64,000 bases of DNA from Octopus vulgaris (Eukaryota). The first letter of the stretch is position 1; each line of letters starts with the position of its first letter. The notes beneath the pieces were generated by a model that saw only the letters and a list, made by a program, of their open reading frames with translations, did not search any database and had not been told where the DNA came from. Where the stretch lies: contig OX597826.1 in assembly GCA_951406725.2 (NCBI GenBank), positions 43,214,001 through 43,278,000 of the forward strand, read 5' to 3'. The translations under genes and the position numbers were made by a program. Below, one piece after another: positions 27,318 through 40,305 of the stretch.

Positions 27318-27574
27318 ATATACCCCTGTAGCTCCTGTTGACTCTAGTTCCCATATTATATATTTTTTATCACTCCTCACCCACATACACATATAGATAT
27401 ATACAACGGGCTTCTTTCAGTTTTCGCCTACCAAATCCACTCACAAGTTCTGGGACTCGAGGCAAAAATATCAGTTGTTTGATGGTGATAATGATAATGA
27501 TGATGATATATACCCCTGTAGCTCCTGTTGACTCTAGTTTCCATATTATATATTTTTTATCACTCCTCACCCAC
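25990..27574. repeat. Tandem array of 8 ~200-bp units (SINE fragment + unique segment + variable (GAT)n)
   Basis: Unit anchor AC(G/A)ACGGGCTTCTTTCAG at 25994, 26189, 26387, 26598, 26793, 27000, 27202, 27403. Confidence 0.97.
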
Positions 27575-27960
27575 GAGGTGATACCGCCCTCTTTGGGAAG
27601 CACCATTCTGGACGACTCTGTTTTTTTTTCTAAGGATTATTTATTTGGTAATAGAGTGTAACGAGCAGATGTAGAAATAATGTTTAGCTAAAAGAAAGAA
27701 TCTATTACTTACTTACTTACTTGGAAAAAATTTTTCTCTCTGCTGCTGTTAAAGGAGCTAAAAAGGGAAAGAAAAAAAAAAAAACACTAATGTATTTCTG
27801 TATTTTGAGTCTACAGGCAAGAAAAATCTTTTAGACAAGCTCACCAAATGAAAAATTGTTATTTACACTCCTTCTGCTGAAGTTTCATCATTCAGCTCTA
27901 TAGTAAACGCTCAGCTGTATTTTGCTTAAGGAAATACTACAGTATGACGACGGCATTGAG

Positions 27961-27961
27961 A

Positions 27962-28017
<56 letters not shown>

Positions 28018-28031
28018 TGATGATGATGATG
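27961..28031. repeat. (AAT)n-(GAT)n microsatellite
   Basis: Direct reading. Confidence 0.97.
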
Positions 28032-28475
28032 AAGTGAGTCGAGGTTTAAAACATCTTTGTTTGTTTAAGATTAGGTTTTCCTTGGAAGTAGACGTAAAAA
28101 AAAAAACAGAAAAAAGAGGAAAAAAAAAAGGTCGGTTCCACGAACTCTTTTTATGAGTGATTTACCATAAAAATTCTTACCGAACAGTTGAAATTCTTTC
28201 TCATTTTCACACTTGGTTGTTTTGACTCTAAACTCTCTTCTACCAACCAGCCAACCAACCAACCTTCTTGTGTTCTTCCATCTTCTTTCAAAAACCCAAA
28301 ACCCTTTCTTTCTCTCATTCACCAAACTGTTTGAAATGGATATTATTAGTTGAGCCACCAGCAACAGAACAACGACGTTACATCAACTTATAATGTATAT
28401 AGCTAGTGTTATATAGCCAGGCTGAAACAAGTTCACAGCAGACACAAATACATACGTACATACATACATTCATTC

Positions 28476-28515
<40 letters not shown>

Positions 28516-29028
28516 TCGGAAGCCTATTATTCAATGCTTTTTCGTTTTCTCTAAAATTCATGTCGTCAGTCTCTTGCTTAAAATCTTCTGATGTCTATAG
28601 CAGTTGTTAGTTGGCAGCCACAAGAGACTTTAATCCGTGATTAGAATGTCTTTGGCATTTCCTGCGTTGAGAACTAGAGTGAAAATGAATAAAAGAAATT
28701 TGAAAAAAAAAAAATGTAAGGAAAAAAAGCAAAACAAAACAAAACAAAACAAATAGTTGACTTTAAATTTGCCGGCAATATTTTTGCAACCATGCCTTAT
28801 AATAATTTAATGTTGCAAATTTAAATCGACTATATTCCTTACAATTAAGGTGTGCATATAGATACGTACATGTATGAGAGCGTATGTGTGTGTGTGTGTG
28901 TGTGTGTGCGTGCGCATATACTTTTGTCTGTGAGTGCGTGTGTGTGCGCGTATTCTTTTGTGTGTGAGTGAGTGTGTGTGACCGTCAGTATGTATGGAAA
29001 TATACATAAACTTTTATATACGTGCATG

Positions 29029-29080
<52 letters not shown>

Positions 29081-29204
29081 CAAGATTCAGTTGAATTAGG
29101 AATTAGGTACTTAAATTGAGACACCAAGCCATTTCGGTATAGTTCGCACACACTGTTCATCTAACCGTGCGGACTATATATATATTCTCTTTTACTCTCT
29201 TTCA

Positions 29205-29510
29205 CTTGCTTCGGTCATTTGACTGCGGCCATGCTAGAGCACCGCCTTTAGTCGAGCAAATCGACCCAGGACTTCTTCTTTGGAAGCCTAATATTTATTC
29301 TATCGGCCTCTTTTACCGAGCCGCTAAGTTACGGGGACGTAAACACACCACCATCGGTTGTCAAGACACACAAACATATGCACACACATACATATATATG
29401 TATATATATATATACAACGGACTTCTTTCAGTTTCCGTCTACCAAATTCACTCACAAGGCTTTGGTCGGCCTGTGGCTATAGTAGAAGACACTTGCCCAC
29501 GATGCCACGC
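29205..29510 (-). mobile_element. SINE group 1, head-truncated
   Basis: Matches 3826-4145. Confidence 0.88.
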
Positions 29511-29544
29511 ATTAAATAGAGACTCGGACATCGCTTAGAATATA

Positions 29545-29639
29545 TTTTTCCTTTTTAACCTCGTATATAGTACGCACTAGGGATTTTGACCATTAAATTT
29601 TGGGGAAAAAGTGCGGATTATACTCGAGGATTTACGGTA
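29545..29639 (+). mobile_element. Right end of a Tc2/pogo-like DNA transposon
   Basis: ...GGATTATACTCGAGGATTTACGG|TA resembles the reverse of the CCGTA(T/A)ATACTCGAGTATAA TIR class. Confidence 0.5.
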
Positions 29640-29749
29640 TATATGTGTGTATAACTATATAAATATATATGCTTAATTAAAAGCCAGGATTGTTTCAGCA
29701 CCTTCAAGTGTGTGTGTATTTACGTGTACATGTATGTATTAGTATTTTA

Positions 29750-29985
29750 TGGTGAGGGTTAGTTTGATGCACTCATGATTGCAAAGTTGTTTCGATTCCT
29801 AGACTGGGCGATGCTTTGTATTCTTAAGCAAAACACTTCCTATCACGTTGCTCCAGCCGACGCAGTTGGCAAAAATAAGTAACCCTGCGACGAACCGGTG
29901 TTCCATCCAGGCGAGGGGTACGTATACCCAACAGAATCCTGGAACACGGCTTTATGAACCTATGGCTCGGGAAGGATCTTAAATC
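29750..29985 (+). mobile_element. SINE group 3 head B + V-like tail, diverged
   Basis: Homologous to 48817-49081. Confidence 0.7.
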
Positions 29986-30561
29986 CTTATTTTTTTTATA
30001 TGTGTTTATGAATGTAAGTATATATGTATGGTATAACTACATAAATATGTATGATTAATTAAATTTACCTGAATTATCAAAATTCATGCTACTGGCCAAA
30101 TTGAGTTATTTCCCTTTGCTCTCTTATCGTAATTATGTAAATTATATTGGCTAAAACACTTTCTTTACTTGTTTAGTAGAATATTTGGTTTGCTAATAAG
30201 AGCGAAGCATATCCTTAGTTGTCACCTTTCTTTGCAAGCAACGTTGAAATCTTTTCCCCTAAGCATGAAAATTCAGTTTTCTGTGACATTGATGCTATTG
30301 TCTTCGAATTATCTCCTTTTTCCTTTGAGAGACAATGAAAATAAGAAGGGAAATATAAAAGAACCATTTAGAATTTTACCGTATGTCAGTCAATACATGA
30401 CCATTCTTATACATTTGTGTGTGTGTTTGTGTGTGTGTGTGCATAAATATAAAGCATACATACATACGTGAATACATGCATAAATACATACATACATCGT
30501 ACATACATACATACATACATACATACATACATACATACATACTCTTTTACGCTTTAACTCT

Positions 30562-30754
30562 TTTACTTGTTTCAGTCATTTGACTGCAGCTATGCTGGAG
30601 CACCGCCTTTAGTCGAACATTCGACCCCAGGACTTATTCTTTGTAAGCCTAGTACTTATTGTAGCGGCTTCTTTTACCAAACCGCTAAGTTATGAGGACA
30701 CACCAATATCGGTTGTCAAGCGATGTTGGGGAATAAACACACACACACGCACAA

Positions 30755-30799
<45 letters not shown>

Positions 30800-30935
30800 C
30801 TACGGGCTTCTTTAAGTTTCCGTCTACCAAATCCACTCACAAGGCTGTGGTCGGCCCGAGGCTATAGTAGAATACACTGGCCCAAGGTGCCACGTAGTTG
30901 GGAAGCAAGCTTCTAACCACACAGCAACGCTAGGC
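30562..30935 (-). mobile_element. SINE group 1, near full length
   Basis: Matches 3826-4212 with small deletions. Confidence 0.9.
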
Positions 30936-30958
30936 CTACACACACACACACACACACA

Positions 30959-30994
<36 letters not shown>

Positions 30995-31384
30995 TGTATG
31001 TATGTATGTATGTATGTATGTTTGTATGTATGCACGTAGTGTTTTTATATATTTCTATATACATATATTTGTCCGAAATCACACAGTACGTGTAAAGGGA
31101 GAGGAGAGACAATAGTAATTCAGTGAAGGAGATGTAGTGAGAGTAATAGTCATGACTGAGAGTGAGTGAAAGAAAGTAATAGTAATGAGAAAGATGAAGT
31201 AGCAAAGAGAGCGTCGTGTATCTTCTACTATAATAATCTACTATGATAATACTCTTGTGTATTTCTCCGTCACTACATATGAATGAGAAAGGAAGGGGTG
31301 ATCCACCGATGGAAGTGGGATGGTGAAAAGTCAGCGGTGAAACAAAAGTCAAACAGCGGTTCAACTCTGTGTTAGTATATAGCA

Positions 31385-31715
31385 GAAACGCTAGTAACCA
31401 GGCAAAAGGATTAGCGGCATTTCATCTGTATTTACGTTCTAAGTCCAAATTCCGCCGAAGTCCATATTACCTTTCATCCTTTCGGGGTCCGTAAAGTAAG
31501 TAACCAGTTGAGCACCGGGGTCGATGTGATCGACTTATCCCCTCCCCCGAACTTGCTGTCCTTGTGCCAAAATTTGAAACCATTATTATTATAATTATCA
31601 AGGCGGCGAACTACCGAAATTGTTAGCGCGTCGGACAAAATGCTTAACAGCATTTCTTCAGGCTCCTTGCGTTCTGAGTTCAAATAACTTCGATGTGGAC
31701 GTTGCGTTTCATCGT
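31385..31715 (+). mobile_element. Two group 2 SINE copies
   Basis: TACGTTCTAAGTCCAAATTCCGCCGA...CTTTCATCCTTTCGGGGTC; second head AAGGCGGCGAACT at ~31600. Confidence 0.8.
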
Positions 31716-32169
31716 TTCTAAGTTGAAATGCCGGGCATTGACATATGCTTACGTTCCAGGGTTCTTAAAATCACGACAAAATTACCTCTGATTTATCGTG
31801 CAAAAGCAAAAAAAAGAAAAAAAATGAATGACAACTGACTTTACATTGCAGTGATTTGAAAATCATTTTGTTCCCCAACTAAGTGCTCACTGTGACCCTG
31901 TTGACTTAATTCACAACTGTAAGCTGATATTTGTTTTAAACAGCTATTCCACTTATCATAAACTTGGCTTAGAAACAACTTCCATTTTTGCATTTGCCTC
32001 ACCATTAATCCGACTCTAGAACAATTTCATACCATGTTCCTTTAAGTCTAAATATGCACCGTTTCATGAAGTTTCTACTGAGTTCGGTTAAGTCTGGCAG
32101 GCCAGTACGTAAGTCCGTTAAATATTTTAATGTAAAAGATACGGTTTATAGAGTTGTTTATACTTAGAA

Positions 32170-32728
32170 GTCTGTAAAAGCATCTAGACTGAAAAGTGAA
32201 TGGCATAAATTGAGGCTAGGATTGATGTTTGAGTCTGTATGTGATGAATACCTTACGACTTTACAGTATTTAGAGTTTGAAGAAAAAAGAAAAAGGAAAA
32301 CGACAAAGAACAAGTAAAATTAATTGATCTGAATTCTTATGCTTGGTTTTTATCTAATCCTACAGCAAAGGATCTTGCATCGAGATGGATGAAAATAATG
32401 TTGAATAATGTAAATGAAGATGAAGATGCAATCGCAGTTCCTCATTATACTGACTCAGAAGCTGTGCAGATGGTTTTAAAGTCTGCAGCGATAAACTAAT
32501 GTATCATAGACTAATGTATCATAGATGAGAGCAGTGATGACGATGAAGAAGACTTTGCAGATAGTTTCTATCAATAGATTAATTCAGTTAACAGGTGATC
32601 TGCTAAACGATTTAGAGTAACGCAGTTTTATAAACGAATAAGAAATAACGAAAAGTTTACATGTTGCAGGATAAACTAATCAACGAAAGACCAAAATATA
32701 TGACACAAGCTAAGCTTGGATGATACGT
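32170..32728 (+). pseudogene. pogo/Tigger (Jerky/TIGD-like) transposase C-terminal relic
   Basis: EWHKL..., HYTDSEAVQMVL...DESSDDDEEDF, SIDRLIQLTGDLLNDLE*RSF, LINERPKYMTQAKL across frames. Confidence 0.5.
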
Positions 32729-32734
32729 TCAATA

Positions 32735-32965
32735 AGGCGGTGAGCTGGCAGAAACGTTAGCACGCCGGGCGAAATGCTTAGCAGTATTTCGTCTGCCGTT
32801 ACGTTCTGAGTTCAAATTCCGCTGAGGTCGACTTTGCCTTTCATCCTTTCGGGGTCGATAAATTAAGTACCAGTTACGCACTGGGGTCGATGTAATCGAC
32901 TTAATTCGTTTCTCTGTCCTTGTTTGTCCTCTCTGTGTGTAGCCCCTTGTGGGTAGTAAAGAATT
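32735..32965 (+). mobile_element. SINE group 2, full length
   Basis: AGGCGGTGAGCTGGCAGAAACGTTAGC...GTTCAAATTCC...GGGTAGTAAAGAA. Confidence 0.92.
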
Positions 32966-33373
32966 AAATAAAGGAAAAACGTGAAACAGGAAACGTATCG
33001 CATGGAAATCCACTGGTTTCAATATTTGCTCCTCTATATGCACTAACGCCATCATCATCAGTTCCTGATATCTTAGGTACCCTCTAAAACAGGGAGTATA
33101 AGAACCCCTTCACCCCAAGAAGTCGCCAGTCATTGACAATGCTAGTTGTAAATGCGACATTTTCGGATGTGTCATTCAAATTAAATTTGATTTTCATTAA
33201 CTGCTTCGTTTTTTCCCTTTTTATTAGTCGACTCACATTTATTTACGGAGAATAATGCAATGGTACAACGAGGTGGTTACCTGTTGAGTTATGTACATTC
33301 GACCTCAACCACTCTGTAATTCAGCAAAATCGCTAATCTGGCACATCTAGGTTCTAATGATGCCGAATTAGTG

Positions 33374-33647
33374 TGGAGACATATGGCCTAGTGGTTAGAG
33401 CAGCGAACTCGCGGTCGAGGGGTCGCGGGTTCGAATCTCAGATAGGGCGATATGTGTGTGTTTACGAGCGAAACACATAAGCTTCACGTGGCTCCGGCAG
33501 AAGGTAATGCCGAACTTCTGCTGACTCTTTCGCCATAACTTTCTCTCACTCTTTCCTCCTGCATCTTGCAGCTCACCTGCGACAGACCGGCGTCTCGTCC
33601 AGGTGGGGAACCTATACGCCAAGGAAACCGGGAAACCGGCCCTTATA

Positions 33648-33678
<31 letters not shown>

Positions 33679-33682
33679 GTAT

Positions 33683-33753
<71 letters not shown>

Positions 33754-33817
33754 CATATATATACATACACACAAGCAGAAAAAGCCAGGCATGGCTCGAG
33801 AAGGAACAAACAAACAC
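33374..33817 (+). mobile_element. SINE group 3: head A + V-like tail, with (TA)n expansion inside the tail
   Basis: 12-bp TSD GCCGAATTAGTG at 33362-33373 and 33818-33829; (AAAC)n 3' end. Confidence 0.9.
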
Positions 33818-33835
33818 GCCGAATTAGTGACGGTC

Positions 33836-33907
<72 letters not shown>

Positions 33908-34240
33908 CACGCTAAAAGAAACCCCCTACGACCTTAACCAAGGAAAATAAACTAACGAACATAATTATTTATACCTACACCCCTGGAAAAATGCTAAACA
34001 TATGACACCATACGCCATTCTCACAGGAACAGCACACAATAACGCACACTTTTCCCACAGATACTTCAAGATAACTCTTACCGACTTTACAGCAATTCCA
34101 ACCAAAGGACATAACTCTTAACCTAATCCCCTACACTTTTTCGTTTCACCATCTTTTTCACAGCAGCTACAAACCGGATGTGTCAATTCACCTCCGACAA
34201 TAGAGAGCTGTCGACATATTCCCTTCCATACTGGCTAAAT

Positions 34241-34315
34241 ATGATGAGCATTAGGTTATATAACCGGATTGTGACCTGACACTCCATTGAATTCCTAGCG
34301 CGAAACCGACTGGTA
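34241..34315 (+). ncRNA. Degraded type I hammerhead-like motif
   Basis: ATGATGA GCATTAGG...CCTAGCGC GAAA CC GACT GG TA. Confidence 0.45.
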
Positions 34316-34553
34316 AGATCAGCCGTGATGCATATATAATACTGTATATTTCGGGTAATATGTCCATTCTGTTGACAGATATACGAATGCAGCTTTTCCC
34401 TGACTCTCAGACGACTCACGCATGCGCGCACATGCTGTCACAAAATGTAGAGTATATTGCAATATGTCGTCCGCGTCTTGTGCCATATAGCTGCGCTCAC
34501 CAGCGGTGCGCTCTACATAGTAATCAAAGAATAGTCATCATACTCACCAGCGC

Positions 34554-34720
34554 ATGTATGTATGTATGTATGTATGTATGTATGTATGTATGTATGTATG
34601 TATGTATGTATGTATGTATGTATGTATGTACGTCGTACGTATGTATGTATGTATGTATGTATGTATGTATGTATGTATGTATGTACGTCGTACGTACGTA
34701 CGTACATACATACATACATA
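34554..34720. repeat. (TATG)n microsatellite
   Basis: Direct reading. Confidence 0.97.
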
Positions 34721-34884
34721 GTATGTCTTCTTTTCGGATTATGGTTGCTGTTGCTTAGTGAGTGGGATTGACTCAGCGCACAGCCTTTCCTCACTTAAAA
34801 AAAATCTTCTTGCACAGGCATTACACGATAACAACATTAATTAAGCTTCGTGCAATGGCCATACTCGATAACGAGGGGCAGCCA

Positions 34885-34953
<69 letters not shown>

Positions 34954-35356
34954 AGAATATTAATATTCATGGGAGATATTAATGTTAGTGGCCGCATACT
35001 AAAACCGTATAGGCAAAATTTATATATATATATATATATATGGATCTTCATCCTTTGAACGGCAGGTCAAGAAATTAATTTTTTGTAACTAAACACTTTC
35101 AAACTTCGGACACTGGTAGAATGTGTCATATAAAATAACTTTTACTTTAGTGTTGCTGAGAAAAGTTTATATGTTCAAAGTTATTTCGTGTTAAAGTTGT
35201 CGTATTTCAGTAATTTCGACCAATCAATGACGTGTATTCAGCTGAATAAAACTACTGCTGTTGTTTGTCAACACAACTATCGGTGGTGTATATTTGGTTT
35301 GTCACTGTTATTTATGACATCATTCGTGCGTTTGTACTGGTTTTAGCTTTAAGGTT

Positions 35357-35382
35357 TTAGGGTTAGGGTTAGGGTTTTAGGG
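35357..35382 (+). repeat. Short telomere-like (TTAGGG)n tract
   Basis: TTAGGGTTAGGGTTAGGGTTTTAGGG with degenerate flanks. Confidence 0.85.
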
Positions 35383-35654
35383 TTTTATGGAGATAGATAG
35401 ATATGCAGTAGTTCATGCCGTCGATTGTTAAAAGATGAAGCAGAAACAAGGGAAGCAATGTGACAATATATAAGCAAACATAATTATGGACGTACTGGCA
35501 TGTAGTCAAAAGTTCATCGAGTTCTGCCATAGATTTGTTGCTGAAACACCCATTATAATTCGCATTACATATTCATCTATTTCATCAGAATATGCAGAGA
35601 GGTGTTTCTGTTACATGTAGGTGTATATGGGTTTAGATACGTCTGTGGGTGTGA

Positions 35655-35953
<299 letters not shown>

Positions 35954-36031
35954 AGTTATTCCAAACAAGAAAACACCAAAAAACACAACAACGTGAGGAC
36001 GTGGAACAAATATAGTATTATTGGACGCTCA

Positions 36032-36084
36032 TTTCTGTACATACATGTAGTCACAAGCAGAAAAAGACACATATATATATACAG

Positions 36085-36138
<54 letters not shown>

Positions 36139-36237
36139 GTTTGTGTGTGTGTAAACATATATGGGTGTATATATGTGTATATATGTGAGTGTATATGTGT
36201 GTCTGTTTCTGCTTGTGACTACATGTATGCACAGAAA
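36032..36237. mobile_element. Foldback/MITE-like element: ~40-bp inverted arms around a microsatellite
   Basis: TTTCTGTACATACATGTAGTCACAAGCAGAAAAAGACAC versus reverse complement of GTGTCTGTTTCTGCTTGTGACTACATGTATGCACAGAAA (37/39). Confidence 0.7.
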
Positions 36238-36718
36238 CCAGTAGCAAAAGTATGCTAAAAGCTGACACCAAGTCATTGACGATTTCGAATGGCGTCCGCA
36301 TCACAATTATTAAGCGTATACGATATATCTTTATATTTTAAGTAATATGTATTTCGTACAATTAATCTAAACTTGTACATGAATGAATTGCATGTTGGGC
36401 CCTGTGTCTCTTATAATCGAATAATGTTAGAATTTCTAATCATTCTTTTGTCAATGAATGATTAGAAATGTTAGCAAGTAAAAATCCATTGGGAAATGGA
36501 AGAACTTATCAGTTTCAATGTTGAGTCATGGATTCCATAACCATGCTTTGCAATATTTTTGCATAATGTTAGTTATACAAATCTAGTGACAACCGAAGCT
36601 ATATAACAACGAGATAATTGAAGAAAGAAAAAAAAAAGACTAAGACTCCAATGAAATTATTGAAAATGAACGAAGTGCACAGTAATGCGTGCGCGCGCAC
36701 ACACATTATATATATATA

Positions 36719-36762
<44 letters not shown>

Positions 36763-36779
36763 CATACATATATATATAC

Positions 36780-36816
<37 letters not shown>

Positions 36817-36864
36817 ATATATAATACATATATATATATGTATATATATATGTATATATATATG

Positions 36865-36925
<61 letters not shown>

Positions 36926-36929
36926 ACAC

Positions 36930-36960
<31 letters not shown>

Positions 36961-37342
36961 CTAGCAGTATCGCCCGGCGTTGCTCAGGTTTGTAAGGGAA
37001 ATAACTATAAAGCATTTTTAGAGAGTTATAGCCAAAAAATAGCAAAAAAATGGAAAAAAATGATGGTAAATTTTTTTTTTAGTTAAAAAGGTGGAGTTGC
37101 GTCCCCTAGACAGTTTGCGGTTTGTGTTTCTGATTCTCGACCCCATGTCGAATTTATCGATTTTTTTCAGAACTGGGGGAACTTTTCAAAATTTTCGCTG
37201 CGTTAGTTTTGAATTATGACATTGGGCTATGTGTGTGTCAAGTTTCATCAGAATCGGTTGAAAGCCGTGGTCAGGGTGAGGGTACAAGCAAACAGACACA
37301 CAGAAACACGCACAGACAAACTGCCGTTTATATAGAGAGAGA
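36961..37342 (-). mobile_element. Non-autonomous Helitron, family A, copy 2
   Basis: A|TC...CTAG|T on minus strand; inside (TA)n. Confidence 0.88.
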
Positions 37343-37377
37343 TACATATATATATATATATATACATATATATACAT

Positions 37378-37412
<35 letters not shown>

Positions 37413-37448
37413 CATATGTATATATATATGCATATATAAACATACATA

Positions 37449-37488
<40 letters not shown>

Positions 37489-37503
37489 AAACCAACTTTC
37501 TTA

Positions 37504-37571
<68 letters not shown>

Positions 37572-37788
37572 AGTGTGTATGTGTGTGTGCGTGTGTGTGT
37601 GTGTATGTGTGTGTAGATTTATTCTCTTATAAAATATATTCAATACGTGAAAAGATAGTTGTTATTGAACTCACAGTAATATTTCGAGAACTGGCATTTT
37701 TATACTTTGGTTGTTACGAAATGTTATGAGTTCCATAATTTCTTTACAGTGAAGAAATTACATTCATACATAATTGGCAGTGAAAATA

Positions 37789-37888
<100 letters not shown>

Positions 37889-38299
37889 ATGTATGTGTGT
37901 GTGTGTGTATTCTTCTGGTTTGTTTTTTAAAGATATATCACCAGTGGTGAAAAAGCAGGTTCTATCCTAGAAGCAATGCATTTTGATTAGAACGCAACGT
38001 CAGCTGTGTATGTATGTATGTATGTATGTATGTATGTATGTATGTATGTATGTATGTATGTATGTATGTATGTATCTATGTATGTATCTATGTATGTATT
38101 ATGTATGTATGCACACACATGCATCCATACACTCACACACCAAACCCATATGCATGCATATATACATACAATACATTAGATACATAATGCGGAAATACGC
38201 ATACACTCACTTGCGCGCACGTGCATACACACATGCATACTACGCACATGCACACGCGCGCACCCACACACATACACACACACACACACACTCGCATAT

Positions 38300-38459
38300 A
38301 GAATGGGTTCCATTCAGTTCCCGTCTACCAAACCCTCTCACAAGGCTTTGATCTGCCTAAGGCTATAGAAGAAGACACTCGCCCAAGGTGCCACGGAATA
38401 GGACTGAACCTGTAATATGTGGCCAAAAAGCAAGCTTCTTACCACATAGCTACTCCTGC

Positions 38460-38460
<1 letters not shown>
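38300..38460 (-). mobile_element. SINE group 1, 5' part
   Basis: Head GCAGGAGTAGCTATGTGGTAAGAAGC...GGTTCAGTCC. Confidence 0.8.
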
Positions 38461-38507
<47 letters not shown>

Positions 38508-38704
38508 GGTTGCTTGGAATGTCACTGGTATCATATAATCCAGCACAGTTTGTCTCACGGTTAGTCGTTGGTTTCGATGAAAAACCACAAATATAAGACC
38601 AGTCAAAAAGTGAGATGAACCCTGCATAGTTTCAATGTCCCTAGCAACAGAGCACAGGCACATAGAAATTCTAAAGTTGGGGAACTAGTGCACTGTAAAT
38701 CTTA

Positions 38705-39089
38705 CTAGCAGTATCGCCCGGCGTTGCTCAGGTTTGTAAGGGAAATAACTATAAAGCATTTTTAGAGAGTTATAGCCCAAAAATAGCAAAAAAATGGAAA
38801 AAAAATGATGGTAAATTTTTTTTCGAGAGTTAAAAAAGGTGGAGTTGCGTCCCCTAGACGGTCTGTGGTTTGGGTTTCTGATTCTCGACCCCATGTCGAA
38901 TTTATCGATTTTTTTCAGAACTGGGGGAACTTTTCAAAATTTTCGCTGCGTTAGTTTTGAATTATGACATTGGGCTATGTGTGTGTCAAGTTTCATCAGA
39001 ATCGGTTGAAAGCCGTGGTCAGAGTGAGGGTACGAGAAAACAGACACACAGAAAACGCACAGACAAACTGCCGTTTATATATAGAGAGA
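38705..39089 (-). mobile_element. Non-autonomous Helitron, family A, copy 3
   Basis: A|TC...CTAG|T on minus strand, no TSD, unique flanks. Confidence 0.9.
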
Positions 39090-39424
39090 TTAGGAATGAT
39101 GCGACGTTAGTTCTTGTCAGAATATTTGTAATTTGTCTCAAAGAAGGTTAGACAGCGCTCTTCTGTTGTAGTGCGTCTGACCCTTCTGCACAGCTTTGCT
39201 GTTTTGAGGTAAGATCCAGGAAGATAAGGGCGACTAAGATTTACGAGTGCCATGGGCCAAAGGACTCATAATGTTGGAGCTGAACCTGGTTTCTATGGCG
39301 TATAGGTAACCGAGATTTTAACATTCCCCACACTTCAGAACGGGTCGCCTTTCTGGTCTGTCGCAGTGTTAACGTCCCAGCCATTACTCATTTACATTTG
39401 TGCGAATTGGACTAACTTATTATA

Positions 39425-39635
39425 TTTATGCGCCCTTTTAAAGCCTAGCCAGGTGCATGGGCCCGGTTTCCCGGTTTCTATGGCGTATGTGTTCCGCAGC
39501 TGGACGGGACGCCAGTCCATCGCAGCGTTACTCATTTTTGCCAGCTGAGTGGACTGGAGTAACGTGAAATGAAGTGTTTTGCTCAAGAACACAACGCATC
39601 GCCCGGTCCAGGAATCGAAATCACAATCTTACGAT
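39425..39635 (-). mobile_element. SINE group 3: head B + V-like tail
   Basis: Reverse complement closely matches 48858-49072. Confidence 0.88.
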
Positions 39636-40305
39636 TTTTGGTCATTACAGTGGATTGGATCATCGTCATCGCAACCAAATGAAAATACGCCAGTGTCATT
39701 AAAATAGGAAGATGCTGTTAGTTCTAATGAGTTGAAACAATGGTGTGGCTAATAAGGGAGCAAGGAGAGCGCGTGCTCCCGAACACAATTTTCAAAATTA
39801 GCGCCTTATTCAACAATTTTTTAAAAAACTCTTTAATTCACTTGTGCGATAAAAGTCGAGTCTCTTTTGTTTTGTTAATCGCATTGTCTTGGAAGAACTT
39901 TCTGGAGTTATTGCTTTATTTGACCAACCTCCTGTGCTTTTGAACTGTCTGTTCAATCTCCTATGATGTGTTGGTAGCCGCTGACATCTAAAGAACCAAA
40001 ACAAACACTGACGTCATAACCTCTCGACACTGGAAGATCTCGTGGAGTTTCATCTTTTTTTACGTTACACCTTTATCAGTCGTTGAAAATTTCATACATA
40101 ATGACATTGTTATTGAAACATGAAATTAATGAATGTAGAATACGATTACATATATTATAACTAATGAAATATTTCTCTTAATGTAAGAGAAATGAGTTAA
40201 AAACTGTTCTTGGTATGTGTCATGGCGCCTTTTTCTTTATGTGCTCGCTCGCCCTCAATTCAAAACCTGGCTAAGCCTCTGAGTGGAAGGGCGAGGCGAC
40301 TTTCC

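Noticed and set aside
25990-27574. Tandem array as a CRISPR array
   Set aside because: Units are ~200 bp, the variable part is only (GAT)n length rather than unique spacers, no cas genes, eukaryotic context
39810-40020. Tc1/mariner N-terminal relic (RRLNRQFKSTGG)
   Set aside because: A single short motif; insufficient support
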